A DNA stretch of 64,000 bases from the IMG/VR virus record IMGVR_UViG_3300002835_000063, positions 32,001-96,000 of that record, one strand, 5' to 3'. The stretch comes from a virus. The position numbers were made by a program, and so were the translations under genes. Below, one piece after another: positions 40,166 to 49,706 of this stretch (the stretch's first letter is position 1; each line of letters begins with the position of its first letter). The notes under the pieces were generated by a model. The model worked only from the letters and a program-made list of their open reading frames with translations, made no database searches and had not been told where the DNA came from.

Positions 40166-40607
40166 TTCCCAGCGAATTGTAGGCATCCACAGCGTTCGCA
40201 CTAGTCCTACTTTGCCAAGTAAACTGACATTCGTCACAGCGGACAATTTTCATTGTCGCCCAGCGGCCACCTTCAGGTCGATCTACTGTAGCAGTTTTTA
40301 GTTTATCTGTTTTAGCTTTGCAGTTCGGGCACAACGGAAACCTTTTATATCTAATCTCTTGCCCTTCCCAATTAATTGACAGGGTATTTCTAATTTTTTC
40401 TGGGGTTAAGCCGCCCCAAATTCCCCAAATTTGCTTGTTGTTTAGTCCCCACTGTAGGCAGTCTTTCCTAACAGGACACTTATTGCACAGTTTTTTAGCT
40501 TCCCACTGCTGAGAAGGCTTATTTGCAAAAAATTTGTCTATTTTGTCAAAGTTTTCAGGTTTAGCACATTCGGCATCTTCGTGCCAGCCCGGAGAATCAA
40601 AAAACAT
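40134..40607 (-). CDS. whiB: WhiB-family protein with an extra C-terminal zinc ribbon
   Basis: AEC...AKKLCNKCPVRKDCL...GIWGG; then CPNC...CDEC. Confidence 0.88.
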   Translation of the reverse strand: MFFDSPGWHEDAECAKPENFDKIDKFFANKPSQQWEAKKLCNKCPVRKDCLQWGLNNKQIWGIWGGLTPEKIRNTLSINWEGQEIRYKRFPLCPNCKAKTDKLKTATVDRPEGGRWATMKIVRCDECQFTWQSRTSANAVDAYNSLGTKKKPPQSST

Positions 40608-40935
40608 ATGGCACCTCTACAAAAGTAGCGTCCCAGTCGTAGTTATCGTCATCCATTGAGCAATAGGTCGGAAAGCGATCATCGTCGTCTGGATACCAAT
40701 AGCCAGCTTTTTCTATAATTGCGTCTTCTATAAGTTTGTAAGACTCCCCTAAAGAATAAGTAATGCCTTCTTGCTGTAGAGATCTAGCTAGTGATTTTTT
40801 GGCGAGCGGGTCAAAATCTAAATCTATGTGCTCATTTATATAAAAAACAACAGAGTCAGAGTTAATTTTGCGGGGGTAGTCATCACCCTCCCAGATAAGC
40901 CAAACTGGCGTGCTGATTGCCTTTTTACGTCTCAC
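40597..40935 (-). CDS. hypothetical protein
   Basis: 112-aa ORF packed in the operon. Confidence 0.55.
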   Translation of the reverse strand: MRRKKAISTPVWLIWEGDDYPRKINSDSVVFYINEHIDLDFDPLAKKSLARSLQQEGITYSLGESYKLIEDAIIEKAGYWYPDDDDRFPTYCSMDDDNYDWDATFVEVPYVF

Positions 40936-40984
40936 AACATAAAAAGTAATCTAACGGCAGATAACCTTACCGTAAATTACAAAA

Positions 40985-41476
40985 TTACTTTACAGGCCAG
41001 ATATAGTCGTAAGTTTCTGGTCTGTGGCCTGGATCTTCTGCCCAGCCGAACTGGCTATACCACTCATAGTCTTTATTGAGTAGGGCTGTTCGGTGGCTAG
41101 ATGCAATCTGATCAAACAATTGCTTGTCTTTCATCCATGCAGGGTAGCGGTGGCTTTCTCTAGTGATGCGTCCTAGCTTTACCGCTTGGATATAGGTAAC
41201 AAGTGTTTTGGTGCCAATGGTTGATTTATATCCGCGCTTTTCCCACTCCATTACCATGCGAATAATGTAGGAAACTAGCGCACCTTCATGGCCTCGCCAC
41301 ATCTTGACGGCGGGGTGGTTGCGCCAGCCTTTAGCTGGTCGGTGATTGCCCCGTGGATCCAGTTCCACAAGGTTCATTAGTATTTGCCAGCCCTCTAGGG
41401 CTTGCTTATTTAAACGGGCGCGGTCAAGGACCTTAGCGGTGTCCGCCGAGCCAAATAGCGGTACAAATGTTTGCAT
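40985..41476 (-). CDS. pyrimidine-dimer DNA glycosylase-like (MSMEG_6728/DenV-like)
   Basis: MQTF.P...LD..RL.KQ..E..QI; W..HPAVKMWRG; SHR..LL.KD. Confidence 0.85.
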   Translation of the reverse strand: MQTFVPLFGSADTAKVLDRARLNKQALEGWQILMNLVELDPRGNHRPAKGWRNHPAVKMWRGHEGALVSYIIRMVMEWEKRGYKSTIGTKTLVTYIQAVKLGRITRESHRYPAWMKDKQLFDQIASSHRTALLNKDYEWYSQFGWAEDPGHRPETYDYIWPVK

Positions 41477-41482
41477 AACTAC

Positions 41483-41511
41483 AAGCTAGCAAAGAGTTTA
41501 GGATTTGTCAA
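41483..41511 (-). promoter_or_regulatory. SigA-type promoter TTGACA-17-TAGCTT, leaderless
   Basis: Consensus -35, TG-extended -10, ATG 6 nt downstream. Confidence 0.7.
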
Positions 41512-41761
41512 ATCCAAATGGTTTCGCCACGCTCTGCTTAAGGGATCCATAGACAATTACCTGAAAAATGCCCGCTTCTACGGATTGCTCGATATCTGGG
41601 ACGCTTTCAGCCTCTGGATAGGAAACTTTAAGCTCTAGGGAAACTTTGTCTTCTACTTCATCTTCTGGAACGCCAAGAAATCTACCAACTTCTGCTACTG
41701 CAGTCTTTTTTGCCTTATCTAGGCTGTGGGCAAGAATTTTTAGCTCAAAGCTAGTTCGCAT
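41498..41761 (-). CDS. hypothetical protein
   Basis: 87-aa ORF, start overlaps the upstream stop. Confidence 0.55.
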   Translation of the reverse strand: MRTSFELKILAHSLDKAKKTAVAEVGRFLGVPEDEVEDKVSLELKVSYPEAESVPDIEQSVEAGIFQVIVYGSLKQSVAKPFGFDKS

Positions 41762-42195
41762 TACTGCTTCCTTATACGCTTCTCTAGTTTGTACGGGGAG
41801 TAGTGGACGCCCCTAAGTTCTGGCTTTTTTCCGTCGGTGTCGTTGAAGATGACGTCTCCATAACGAACTGCAACCACTGTGCCGCGGCGCCCGTTGTGGA
41901 TGGGTCCGAGCTTGTCTGAGAAAGCATCTGCCTTAACTCGGACGATGTCTCCAACGACAATCTGTCCTGGCTGTAGTTGTATCCAGGTGTAGTCATCTTC
42001 ACTTTCTTCTTCTTTGATTGCGTGGCCAACAGCCAATTTAGGGAATACTGTTAAAATTTCTTTGATCATTGGTTCGCTTAGATCTGGCAATTCAGACCAA
42101 GTGTCTAGCAATTTCATTATTGCTTTACCGGAGCCAACTTTTACCTTGGCTGCTTGTAGCTGCTCAGCTACCCATTTCTTGTCTATCTCGGGCAT
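41761..42195 (-). CDS. hypothetical protein with an SH3/KOW-like C-terminus
   Basis: VGDIVRV...NGRRGTVVAV. Confidence 0.6.
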   Translation of the reverse strand: MPEIDKKWVAEQLQAAKVKVGSGKAIMKLLDTWSELPDLSEPMIKEILTVFPKLAVGHAIKEEESEDDYTWIQLQPGQIVVGDIVRVKADAFSDKLGPIHNGRRGTVVAVRYGDVIFNDTDGKKPELRGVHYSPYKLEKRIRKQ

Positions 42196-43200
42196 TTATA
42201 ACCTCTCCAATCTAGATCCTACCAGAATTTTTTCGACTTCAGACCCAAGCTCATTTATTGAAGGAAGTGATTCTAGGTACACGCCCCGCTGGGTAGAGGC
42301 CAATTGCTGCCTCTGCGACGGTGACATGTCTTCTACTTGATAGGGCAAAAGCGACCAACTATCAGCAAAATTTGTTGTTTCATTCCAATCTGTAACAATG
42401 GGAGTAGATGTATTAAAGGCTTGAATTATTCTATAGTTCCACCAAGTAATCAAATTTCTTTCTTGGGGTGGAATAATTAGTCCCATGCCATTCCTAATGA
42501 CATCTAGAGCATAGGTATCATCTGTCTTTTTGCCGGCCTTGGTCGGTTGTTTGGGGAAAACAGTGGATTTGTTTATATGATCTACCCAGCTATTTTTGAT
42601 ATTTTCTACTGCCCAGTAGTCTTTTCGACCAATTCTTGGTACTTCTGGATCAATAAAAAGTCCATCAAAATTAACACCAAACGTATTAGAACTATCTCCA
42701 AATCCTAGGGCAGTTGAAACTTTTTCATCACTATTCCAAGGCAGCCCCGGGTAAATAATTGTCGGCCAATCGGAAACCAACATATGAGCAATAGCTTTTT
42801 CAACTATGCTTGGATTTTTTGAGACGGTGTTGTATCCCTCGCGCTTCGAATAAAAACTGCCAAAAAGTATAGACGGATTTTTTAAAGAAGCATTTATGCT
42901 ATTTTTGTACTGCCAAACTTGGGGACTGTCTACAACTAATTTAATTTTTGGGGAGTTAAACATTAGGCCTAGAACATGTAGGGCACCATAAAGCTTGTTT
43001 GCACTTAGTGAAGTTGGCGGTAAAAATCCAAATATAATGTGGTCGTATTTTTCTAAATCATCTTTAGTCCAAGAAAAACTGGGGGATGACCAGGTTATGT
43101 CTGCATACTCAGAAAGTACAGAATCTAAAATATTAAAAAAACTAAAGTTACTTGGTTTTTTGCAGTGATGGGAGCCCATCCCAGTAAATAAAATTTTCAT
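42196..43200 (-). CDS. GT-B-fold-like protein (possible DNA glycosyltransferase)
   Basis: MKILFTGMG...YDHIIF; C-terminal R..QA...TPIVTD; lies in the replication operon. Confidence 0.4.
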   Translation of the reverse strand: MKILFTGMGSHHCKKPSNFSFFNILDSVLSEYADITWSSPSFSWTKDDLEKYDHIIFGFLPPTSLSANKLYGALHVLGLMFNSPKIKLVVDSPQVWQYKNSINASLKNPSILFGSFYSKREGYNTVSKNPSIVEKAIAHMLVSDWPTIIYPGLPWNSDEKVSTALGFGDSSNTFGVNFDGLFIDPEVPRIGRKDYWAVENIKNSWVDHINKSTVFPKQPTKAGKKTDDTYALDVIRNGMGLIIPPQERNLITWWNYRIIQAFNTSTPIVTDWNETTNFADSWSLLPYQVEDMSPSQRQQLASTQRGVYLESLPSINELGSEVEKILVGSRLERL

Positions 43201-43221
43201 TGAGGTTCCAAATTTAGTTGA

Positions 43222-43246
43222 GCGGGGTGCTAATTAAGCACCCCGC
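43222..43246 (-). terminator. hairpin after the SSB gene
   Basis: GCGGGGTGCT-aatta-AGCACCCCGC 10-bp stem. Confidence 0.6.
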
Positions 43247-43254
43247 ATCAATTG

Positions 43255-43794
43255 TTAGAAAGGAGCATCTCCAGTTTGAGCAACTGGTGAGGCTGGTGCT
43301 GGTGCCGGTGCCGGTGCCGGTGCTGGAGCTGGAGCTGGAGCTGCCATTGCTGGCGCAGAGGCAATGCCCCTAGCTGCGCCAGAAGAAGCAGAGTAGCTCT
43401 TGATATTGTTGCCAGTTTTGCCCTGGTAGGTACTTAAAACAACCTTACCGCGGAAAGTTCTTCCGAGAAGGGCTTGTTCTACCTGAGCTGGTGATGGATC
43501 TGCTAGCCAATATTCCTTGGTTAGGCCCAGTGCCGCGCCCTTTGCAAAGAAAATGTCCATAGCAGTTTCGTTTTCAGGCGAAACTACCCACTGATCCCAA
43601 ACACGACGTTTGTCGTGGGGGCCGCCCTGAACCTCATTGGTTAGCTTAAACATAAGCTTTCCAGTAGAAGCAACAGTAGCCGAGGCCTCGATTACCTTGA
43701 ACTCGTAAGTTCCTTCTGGTAGAGGTTCGTAGTTAGCTTTTGCAGCCGCGTCTCCAGCTTTCTGGACTAGCGCTGCGAAATTGACCGTAGTCAT
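43255..43794 (-). CDS. DUF669-like single-stranded DNA-binding protein
   Basis: YEPLPEGTY.F.V..A; (AP)n linker; SSB-like tail DAPF. Confidence 0.8.
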   Translation of the reverse strand: MTTVNFAALVQKAGDAAAKANYEPLPEGTYEFKVIEASATVASTGKLMFKLTNEVQGGPHDKRRVWDQWVVSPENETAMDIFFAKGAALGLTKEYWLADPSPAQVEQALLGRTFRGKVVLSTYQGKTGNNIKSYSASSGAARGIASAPAMAAPAPAPAPAPAPAPAPASPVAQTGDAPF

Positions 43795-43799
43795 AGGTT

Positions 43800-44570
43800 T
43801 TATCCTGCTTTCTTAGTTGTTGTATCTGTCTTCTTTTCGCCGAAGACCATGTCCAGCATGCGCTCGACCCCAAGGTCTTGCTGCTGTACTACTTTACCTA
43901 GACGTCCCTGGACGCGCTCACCAGCTTCATACTCTGGCGTACGCTCAACATACATGCGTCGCACCTTGTACGGAGGCTGTAGTGGATCTGGATTTGGTTC
44001 CGTCTCCACAGTAATTGCTCCAAGAATGTCGTAGAAATATGGGGCCTGAATCGCTAGCTGGCCTTGTAGGTAAGGACGATAAACGCCATCCTGTCCCTTA
44101 CGCGCCATAGCGGTCAGTACTACAGCCTCAAGAGGCTGAGTAGGGTGCATTGTCAAGTCACGAAGATCACGAAGAAGTGCGCCCATGTGGCGAAGAAGCT
44201 CGCCCCACTGTTGCATCTTCATTTGCTCCGTACCGGCAATGTTCTCCATGCACTTGACCTGGAGCTCCGAGATGGAGTCAATGATCAAGGACTTGAATTG
44301 GTGTTTGCCTGACTGAAGCCACTGGAAAGCCTTGATAACAATGTCGTAGCTATTTACCTTAACTACAACTGTGTCCCAAGTGCCATCAGCAAGTGGCGGT
44401 TCTTCGGTCAGGGGGTCCCAGTACTTGATGTTGATTGGGAGGAATCGATGTCCACCTTCAACGTCAAGCATTAGGCGTGGGTATGGTGCCGTTACTGCAA
44501 AGCTGGACTTACCAACCTTGGATTCGCCATAAACCATAATTGTTAAGCTGCGATCCACTGCATTAGACAT
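43800..44570 (-). CDS. AAA_24/Sak4-like ATPase (recombinase)
   Basis: YGESKVGKS, LDVEGG, IIDSISEL. Confidence 0.85.
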   Translation of the reverse strand: MSNAVDRSLTIMVYGESKVGKSSFAVTAPYPRLMLDVEGGHRFLPINIKYWDPLTEEPPLADGTWDTVVVKVNSYDIVIKAFQWLQSGKHQFKSLIIDSISELQVKCMENIAGTEQMKMQQWGELLRHMGALLRDLRDLTMHPTQPLEAVVLTAMARKGQDGVYRPYLQGQLAIQAPYFYDILGAITVETEPNPDPLQPPYKVRRMYVERTPEYEAGERVQGRLGKVVQQQDLGVERMLDMVFGEKKTDTTTKKAG

Positions 44571-45508
44571 TACTCACTTCCCTTCTCTTTTTCTATTCCG
44601 TAGTATCCGTAAGGGTCGGCGACCACAAACGCATCGCTAATTGCAGCCTCTGCGGCGCTTCCGTCGTCAACCAACGGGCAAATAGCGAAGAATTGGCACT
44701 TCCACTTACAATCCCGGCTTGGTTTCGGGTATACGTGGCGGAAGTGGCTCTCACCGGCATCTAGGGCATCACGCACTCGCATGATGTCATCCAGCGTGCC
44801 TTCCAGGCGCTCATAAAATGAACGGAGAGCAAACTTATTGTGACGAACTTCAATCTGGTCATAAAACGGTGGTTTAGCATAAGCACCGCGTTTAACTTTA
44901 CGAAGCATCGTAAAGATAGCTCCATCGGCTCGTTCACCTTCTTGGTTTTGTGCCTCCTCTAGAAGCATGTATGTTAAAACCTGCTCATTCATGTGAGCAA
45001 TAGATCCAAAGTCAGCAAATGATCCACCAACCGTTTTGAAGTCGCGAAACATACGAGCACCATCAATTTTTCGACGCACGCGCATGTCGATTTTTCCCTG
45101 AAGAGTAACACGACCGTCAAGCATCGGGCGCTCAATAACTTCTTCTGTAGAAATCATTTCCAGCTCGGCGTCGATACCATTTAGTTCTACCCACTCTAGA
45201 TAGCCCTCTAGCATCACCCTGCCAAGCTCAGCCTCTGTCTCTAGGTTAGAAGTGTCGCGATACTCATCATTAAGAACTTTCATGTCTCTCTTGACTAGCT
45301 CGGCGTGAGCGTCAAGTAGAGGTGTACCCTTCGAATAATACATATCTAAAGCTTCGTGAATTCTTGATCCTAAAGCTAATGCTCCGGTAAACTCTTCTAC
45401 CTTTGGACGTAGTCTTCGGTAATATGTAAACCACCAGCGTCTACGGCAGTCTTTAAATGTTTGAATCTCCGAATTAGAGATTCTTACTGGCTCTGCTGCT
45501 GATGTCAT
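44570..45508 (-). CDS. PD-(D/E)XK Cas4-like exonuclease
   Basis: S.SEIQTFKDCRR, GKID, DFKT, CKWKCQFFAIC. Confidence 0.88.
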   Translation of the reverse strand: MTSAAEPVRISNSEIQTFKDCRRRWWFTYYRRLRPKVEEFTGALALGSRIHEALDMYYSKGTPLLDAHAELVKRDMKVLNDEYRDTSNLETEAELGRVMLEGYLEWVELNGIDAELEMISTEEVIERPMLDGRVTLQGKIDMRVRRKIDGARMFRDFKTVGGSFADFGSIAHMNEQVLTYMLLEEAQNQEGERADGAIFTMLRKVKRGAYAKPPFYDQIEVRHNKFALRSFYERLEGTLDDIMRVRDALDAGESHFRHVYPKPSRDCKWKCQFFAICPLVDDGSAAEAAISDAFVVADPYGYYGIEKEKGSE

Positions 45509-47331
45509 TATTTGTCCTTAAGTAGCTTTAGAAGCTGATCTTTGTCTTTTACTATTTGCTGGAAATTATAATCTTTGGTCCCCAGCGTGTCAATAACTTT
45601 TTGCTCTACGGTACCCTCTGTTACATAATCTGTAATGATTATTGAGTCGTGTATTTCAGACCCAATTCTGTGAACTCTGTCTAGTGCCTGCTTATAGTCC
45701 ACCAAAGACCAAGGGCGTTGCAGCATAACTAGTCTTCTGGCAGCAGTTAGGGTCACACCTACACCGCCAGCCTGGGCGGTGAATAAAATCCATTTTGTTC
45801 GGCCAGACTGAAAATCATCGATTGCTTGCTGACGCTCAAATTCATTCTGAGACCCAGTAATTAGACCGTGCTTAATCCCAACTTTAGTCATTTGAGCGCT
45901 TAGGAGTTCTATTAGCTGTCTAGATACAGCACATACCGCAACCGAGTCATCTCCAAAGTCACCATTACTGATGTCATCCATAAGAGCATCAACTTTACAA
46001 GAGGGGTCTGACAATATCATTTTTTCACCGGTCTCGGTTAGTTCTATCTGGCCATACGCGCTGGCAAACTGAATTAATCTGCCCATCTGAACCATTGGAT
46101 TGGTTGCTACGACTAGATCGCCGGAATAGTCATCTTCTTGAATTTCACCGTCTAGCTCAAAACTAGAACTACTTTCAAGCATTGCCATCATGTTGTCTAG
46201 CATTTGATTATATGCTTTTTCTTGCTTTGCGCCCATTTCTACATCTCGGCGGTCATGAATTACTTCAGGAAGCCAAGGGAGCACTCTAACCTTGAGCATG
46301 CGACGCATACGTGGATTTATACCTGCAAAGAATTCCGTTTCCATAGCTGGTTTTAACCCAAGCACCATTAGTGCCCCAAAAGCATTTGGAAAAGTGTTTA
46401 CATAGCGGTCAATCCATTTAGTCTTACTTGGCCACTCTTTGGAGTCGAGCCAATGAAGGATTGGCCATAGGTCTACAACATCATTTGCTATTGGGGTCCC
46501 AGTCAAAGCAAATCTAATTTCGGCTTTACCAGAAGCTGACCATAGAGCTCTAGTCTGCTTTGATTTTGGGTCTTTTGATCTGTGAATTTCGTCCGCAACA
46601 ACTGCCTTGAATGGAATGTTGTTTAATTCACGCTTATGAACTTCGCAGCGGGCGGGAGTGATTTTGGAGTCATGCCCCCCACATTCTGTACAGTGGGCTA
46701 GAGCAATCGGACCATAAGATTCCAACCTTGAGTGAGTTCTTAGTGACTCCCAGTTAATGACATAGACCTGGGCCTCGTGCTCAAAAGCTTTTCGCCTTTG
46801 GGTGGCGGAACCTTTAATTACCTGAACATCGACTCCAGGCCACCAGCGATCAAATTCTCGTTCCCAGTTTGTTTTTAAAGTATTTGGGCACACTATTAGT
46901 GCAGGAAAAACATCCTCTCCACTCTCTTTAAGTCTCTTCAGTGCTCTAATAGCCTGAGCAGTTTTTCCAAGACCAGGCTCGTCTGCTAGAAGAGCGCGTT
47001 TAGCTTTAACTAGAAAATCCACCCCCGCACGCTGATGTGGGAACAAATCTTCATCACCTATTTCAGACATTTCAAGATCACGAAGTAGATTTGAAGGGTC
47101 AATTCTATTTATTTTTTCGTTGGTGGCCCATTCAGCTAACTTTGGGCCAATCTCAAGTTGTTGCCCGAAAGTGGAGCGCAGAGACAGGCAACCAGTCCAA
47201 GAAACGGGAATACGCCAGACATTCTTGTCTGAGTCCCATCTGGAGCCTGGTAGCGATCGACAAACTTCTTTTAGTCGCCATTCAGCATTAATAATTATGT
47301 GGTCGTTCTCTAACTCCACGTAAACGCCCAA
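45508..47331 (-). CDS. SNF2-family helicase
   Basis: DEPGLGKT, DEIH, LTGTP, GVGVTLT, QALDRVHRIG. Confidence 0.93.
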   Translation of the reverse strand: MGVYVELENDHIIINAEWRLKEVCRSLPGSRWDSDKNVWRIPVSWTGCLSLRSTFGQQLEIGPKLAEWATNEKINRIDPSNLLRDLEMSEIGDEDLFPHQRAGVDFLVKAKRALLADEPGLGKTAQAIRALKRLKESGEDVFPALIVCPNTLKTNWEREFDRWWPGVDVQVIKGSATQRRKAFEHEAQVYVINWESLRTHSRLESYGPIALAHCTECGGHDSKITPARCEVHKRELNNIPFKAVVADEIHRSKDPKSKQTRALWSASGKAEIRFALTGTPIANDVVDLWPILHWLDSKEWPSKTKWIDRYVNTFPNAFGALMVLGLKPAMETEFFAGINPRMRRMLKVRVLPWLPEVIHDRRDVEMGAKQEKAYNQMLDNMMAMLESSSSFELDGEIQEDDYSGDLVVATNPMVQMGRLIQFASAYGQIELTETGEKMILSDPSCKVDALMDDISNGDFGDDSVAVCAVSRQLIELLSAQMTKVGIKHGLITGSQNEFERQQAIDDFQSGRTKWILFTAQAGGVGVTLTAARRLVMLQRPWSLVDYKQALDRVHRIGSEIHDSIIITDYVTEGTVEQKVIDTLGTKDYNFQQIVKDKDQLLKLLKDK

Positions 47332-47404
47332 GTCGGGCCTCCATTCGTTACTAGAATATATTATCAGAAAAAAGTGCTAGTTGTACTTATTTTTTTGATA
47401 ATAA

Positions 47405-47872
47405 CTACTTTTCAAGCAATCTTATTGGTTTCCAACCAATTTTGATACATCTTAGTAGGGCGTGTCGGATCGCGTCTAACGCGTGCCCGTCGCCCCCTAC
47501 GTGCCAGTATTCTAGTTTCTTAAGCTTCTTGTTGTCAAACATAGTCATAGCATCGGCGGGAGCTTGGAAGAAAATGTCATCCATTGGACGCCCGTTATCC
47601 TTTAGGCACTGCTTAATAATGCCAATAACTTCTAGAGAATAGGGAGCCTGGGAGTTCTTGGCTGTCTGTAGATTAATTATGAACCGCTCACAGACAACGT
47701 CCAGCTGAAAACGCTTCTCAGGAGCCCATAAAACGCCCCGTACGGCCTCGGCAACCTCGTCTTGTTCTAACTCCTTAGACCACTCTAAAACTGGCTCAGA
47801 AGCCGATTCTAGGCTAAATAGGGCCATTCCAGTGACCTTCCCTGGATCGATAGCCAAAATGTACCTAGGCAT
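47405..47872 (-). CDS. RuvC-like Holliday junction resolvase
   Basis: LAIDPG..TG, VVCERF, HALDA. Confidence 0.75.
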   Translation of the reverse strand: MPRYILAIDPGKVTGMALFSLESASEPVLEWSKELEQDEVAEAVRGVLWAPEKRFQLDVVCERFIINLQTAKNSQAPYSLEVIGIIKQCLKDNGRPMDDIFFQAPADAMTMFDNKKLKKLEYWHVGGDGHALDAIRHALLRCIKIGWKPIRLLEK

Positions 47873-49685
47873 ACTTAGCGCCCCAGTTTGCTAGGGGGCC
47901 GTCTACGTCCGCTGTTAGGGGGACAGACCAGCCATCGGTAGTTGTCATACACTTTCTCACTAATTGCTTAATTTCCTCTGCTTCTGCCTTAGGGGCATTT
48001 AACACAATTTCATCGTGAACCGGAACAATTAGCAAATCTGTCAAATCCTGCTGATCAAGCTTTACTAGATTTGCTTTGAATACCTCTGCGGCACCGCCCT
48101 GAATCAGGTAGTTTACGAGAGTATAAACGCGATCCTCGTCGCAAGGTAGTCTACGACCGGTCCAAGTATTTACATATCCCTGGCCCTCAGCTTCAAGTCG
48201 CATTAGCCCACGCTGCTCAACTGCTTTCTGGAACCGCTGCATTCCAGGGTAGCTCTCATCAAAAGCATTAGACACAGCTCGCATCTGATCCTCCGGAACT
48301 CCTGCTGTAAGTGCTTGCTTTGCCACACCTGCTCCATATAGACGTCCATAAACAACTCCCTTAATAAGGGCACGTCTTTTATCAGATTTCTGCATAGCTG
48401 GGTCCTGATAAACCTCACGGCCAATTTCAGTAAATGGATCAGAGCCAGTTGCATCTGCTCTATTGAATAGTTGAATTAAATTTGGGTCCTGCGAAAGTGA
48501 CGCAAACATACGAAACTCAACCTGATCAAGGTCAGAGGTCACGATTACGTGGTCATCGTCTTTTGGTAGGAATGCACGGCGGACAGTGTCATCACCCTTT
48601 GGGAGAGTTTGCAGTGCAGGGTTCTGGATAGACATACGTCCAGTACGAGCGCCCATCGTGTTGATGGACGGGTGAACGTAGCCATTTATGTTGTCGTTAA
48701 TAAAATTTGAAAAATAAGTATTTGCCAGTTTTAGAGCTTGACGATAGTTAATTGTTGAAGTTGCTAACTGTTTTGCTTCGTCATTTCCATCTCTAGCAAT
48801 CAACTTGAGCTGATCGGCATTAGCAGATTTTTGGCCTTTCTCTGTTCGCTCAGTAATGTCTACACCCATGATCTCAAACTGGGCCACTAACTGTTGGTTA
48901 CTACCAATACCAATTCCATAGCTAGTCTTTGCCCACTTAGCAACCTCGTCGGTGTATTTAATTAGCTCTTCATATTTTTTCTTTGAGTAGTCAAGATCTA
49001 GTCGAGCTCCGTTAAGTTCCATTTTGGTGGCAATTCTGCGGGTATTCATTTCAAGCTCGTAGGCGTAACTGTAGGGTTTACCGGGAGCGCAGTGGTCCCA
49101 GAAGCGCTCAAAAAGTTTCATAGTTAACACTGGGTCTAAAGCGCCGTAGGACCAGTAAGGCTCAAACTTTATTGGGACCGTACCCCAAGTCCATCCATTA
49201 TCCAAAAGACTGCTATCTAGAACTGTTTGTAGCGCGGCAGCTCTAGCATCAACAAAAGATTCAGTAAGAGTTTTTAGCGCACCAGAACCAAGCGGATCAA
49301 TAATTTTTGCCATCAACATTGTGTCATGGGCGCGGTGCCAAGGCATCTTCCAACTTGATTGTTGATCAAACCATTTAGCTTCGAATGCTATGTTGTGGCA
49401 GACGATCGGCCCATCAAATCTATCCATGGCATTGTAGAAAACGCCCTTCCAGTCATCCCAAGGGATAGCCCACCCCTGCCTAGCATCTCCGACTTGGACT
49501 AGGCGCAATCGACCGTGCCAGGGTGACAGGGCATGGCTTTTATGGTTGCCAGGAAGTTCACCAGTTTCGGTGTCAATTGCGATGGCATTTAGTGGACGCC
49601 GCTCTCCTAGCCAAGAGATAAACTCGCTGGCTTTCTCCACCGTATCAACTAGGTGGAGCTGAACCCCGTCTAGTTCTTGTGTCAT
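47865..49685 (-). CDS. polA: family A DNA polymerase with 3'-5' exonuclease
   Basis: IDTET, HNIAFE, Y...D; RTGRMS, SDLDQVEFR, KGVVYGRLYG, VHDE. Confidence 0.95.
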   Translation of the reverse strand: MTQELDGVQLHLVDTVEKASEFISWLGERRPLNAIAIDTETGELPGNHKSHALSPWHGRLRLVQVGDARQGWAIPWDDWKGVFYNAMDRFDGPIVCHNIAFEAKWFDQQSSWKMPWHRAHDTMLMAKIIDPLGSGALKTLTESFVDARAAALQTVLDSSLLDNGWTWGTVPIKFEPYWSYGALDPVLTMKLFERFWDHCAPGKPYSYAYELEMNTRRIATKMELNGARLDLDYSKKKYEELIKYTDEVAKWAKTSYGIGIGSNQQLVAQFEIMGVDITERTEKGQKSANADQLKLIARDGNDEAKQLATSTINYRQALKLANTYFSNFINDNINGYVHPSINTMGARTGRMSIQNPALQTLPKGDDTVRRAFLPKDDDHVIVTSDLDQVEFRMFASLSQDPNLIQLFNRADATGSDPFTEIGREVYQDPAMQKSDKRRALIKGVVYGRLYGAGVAKQALTAGVPEDQMRAVSNAFDESYPGMQRFQKAVEQRGLMRLEAEGQGYVNTWTGRRLPCDEDRVYTLVNYLIQGGAAEVFKANLVKLDQQDLTDLLIVPVHDEIVLNAPKAEAEEIKQLVRKCMTTTDGWSVPLTADVDGPLANWGAKYA

Positions 49686-49706
49686 TTATGTCTTTCTTTG
49701 GTGCTA

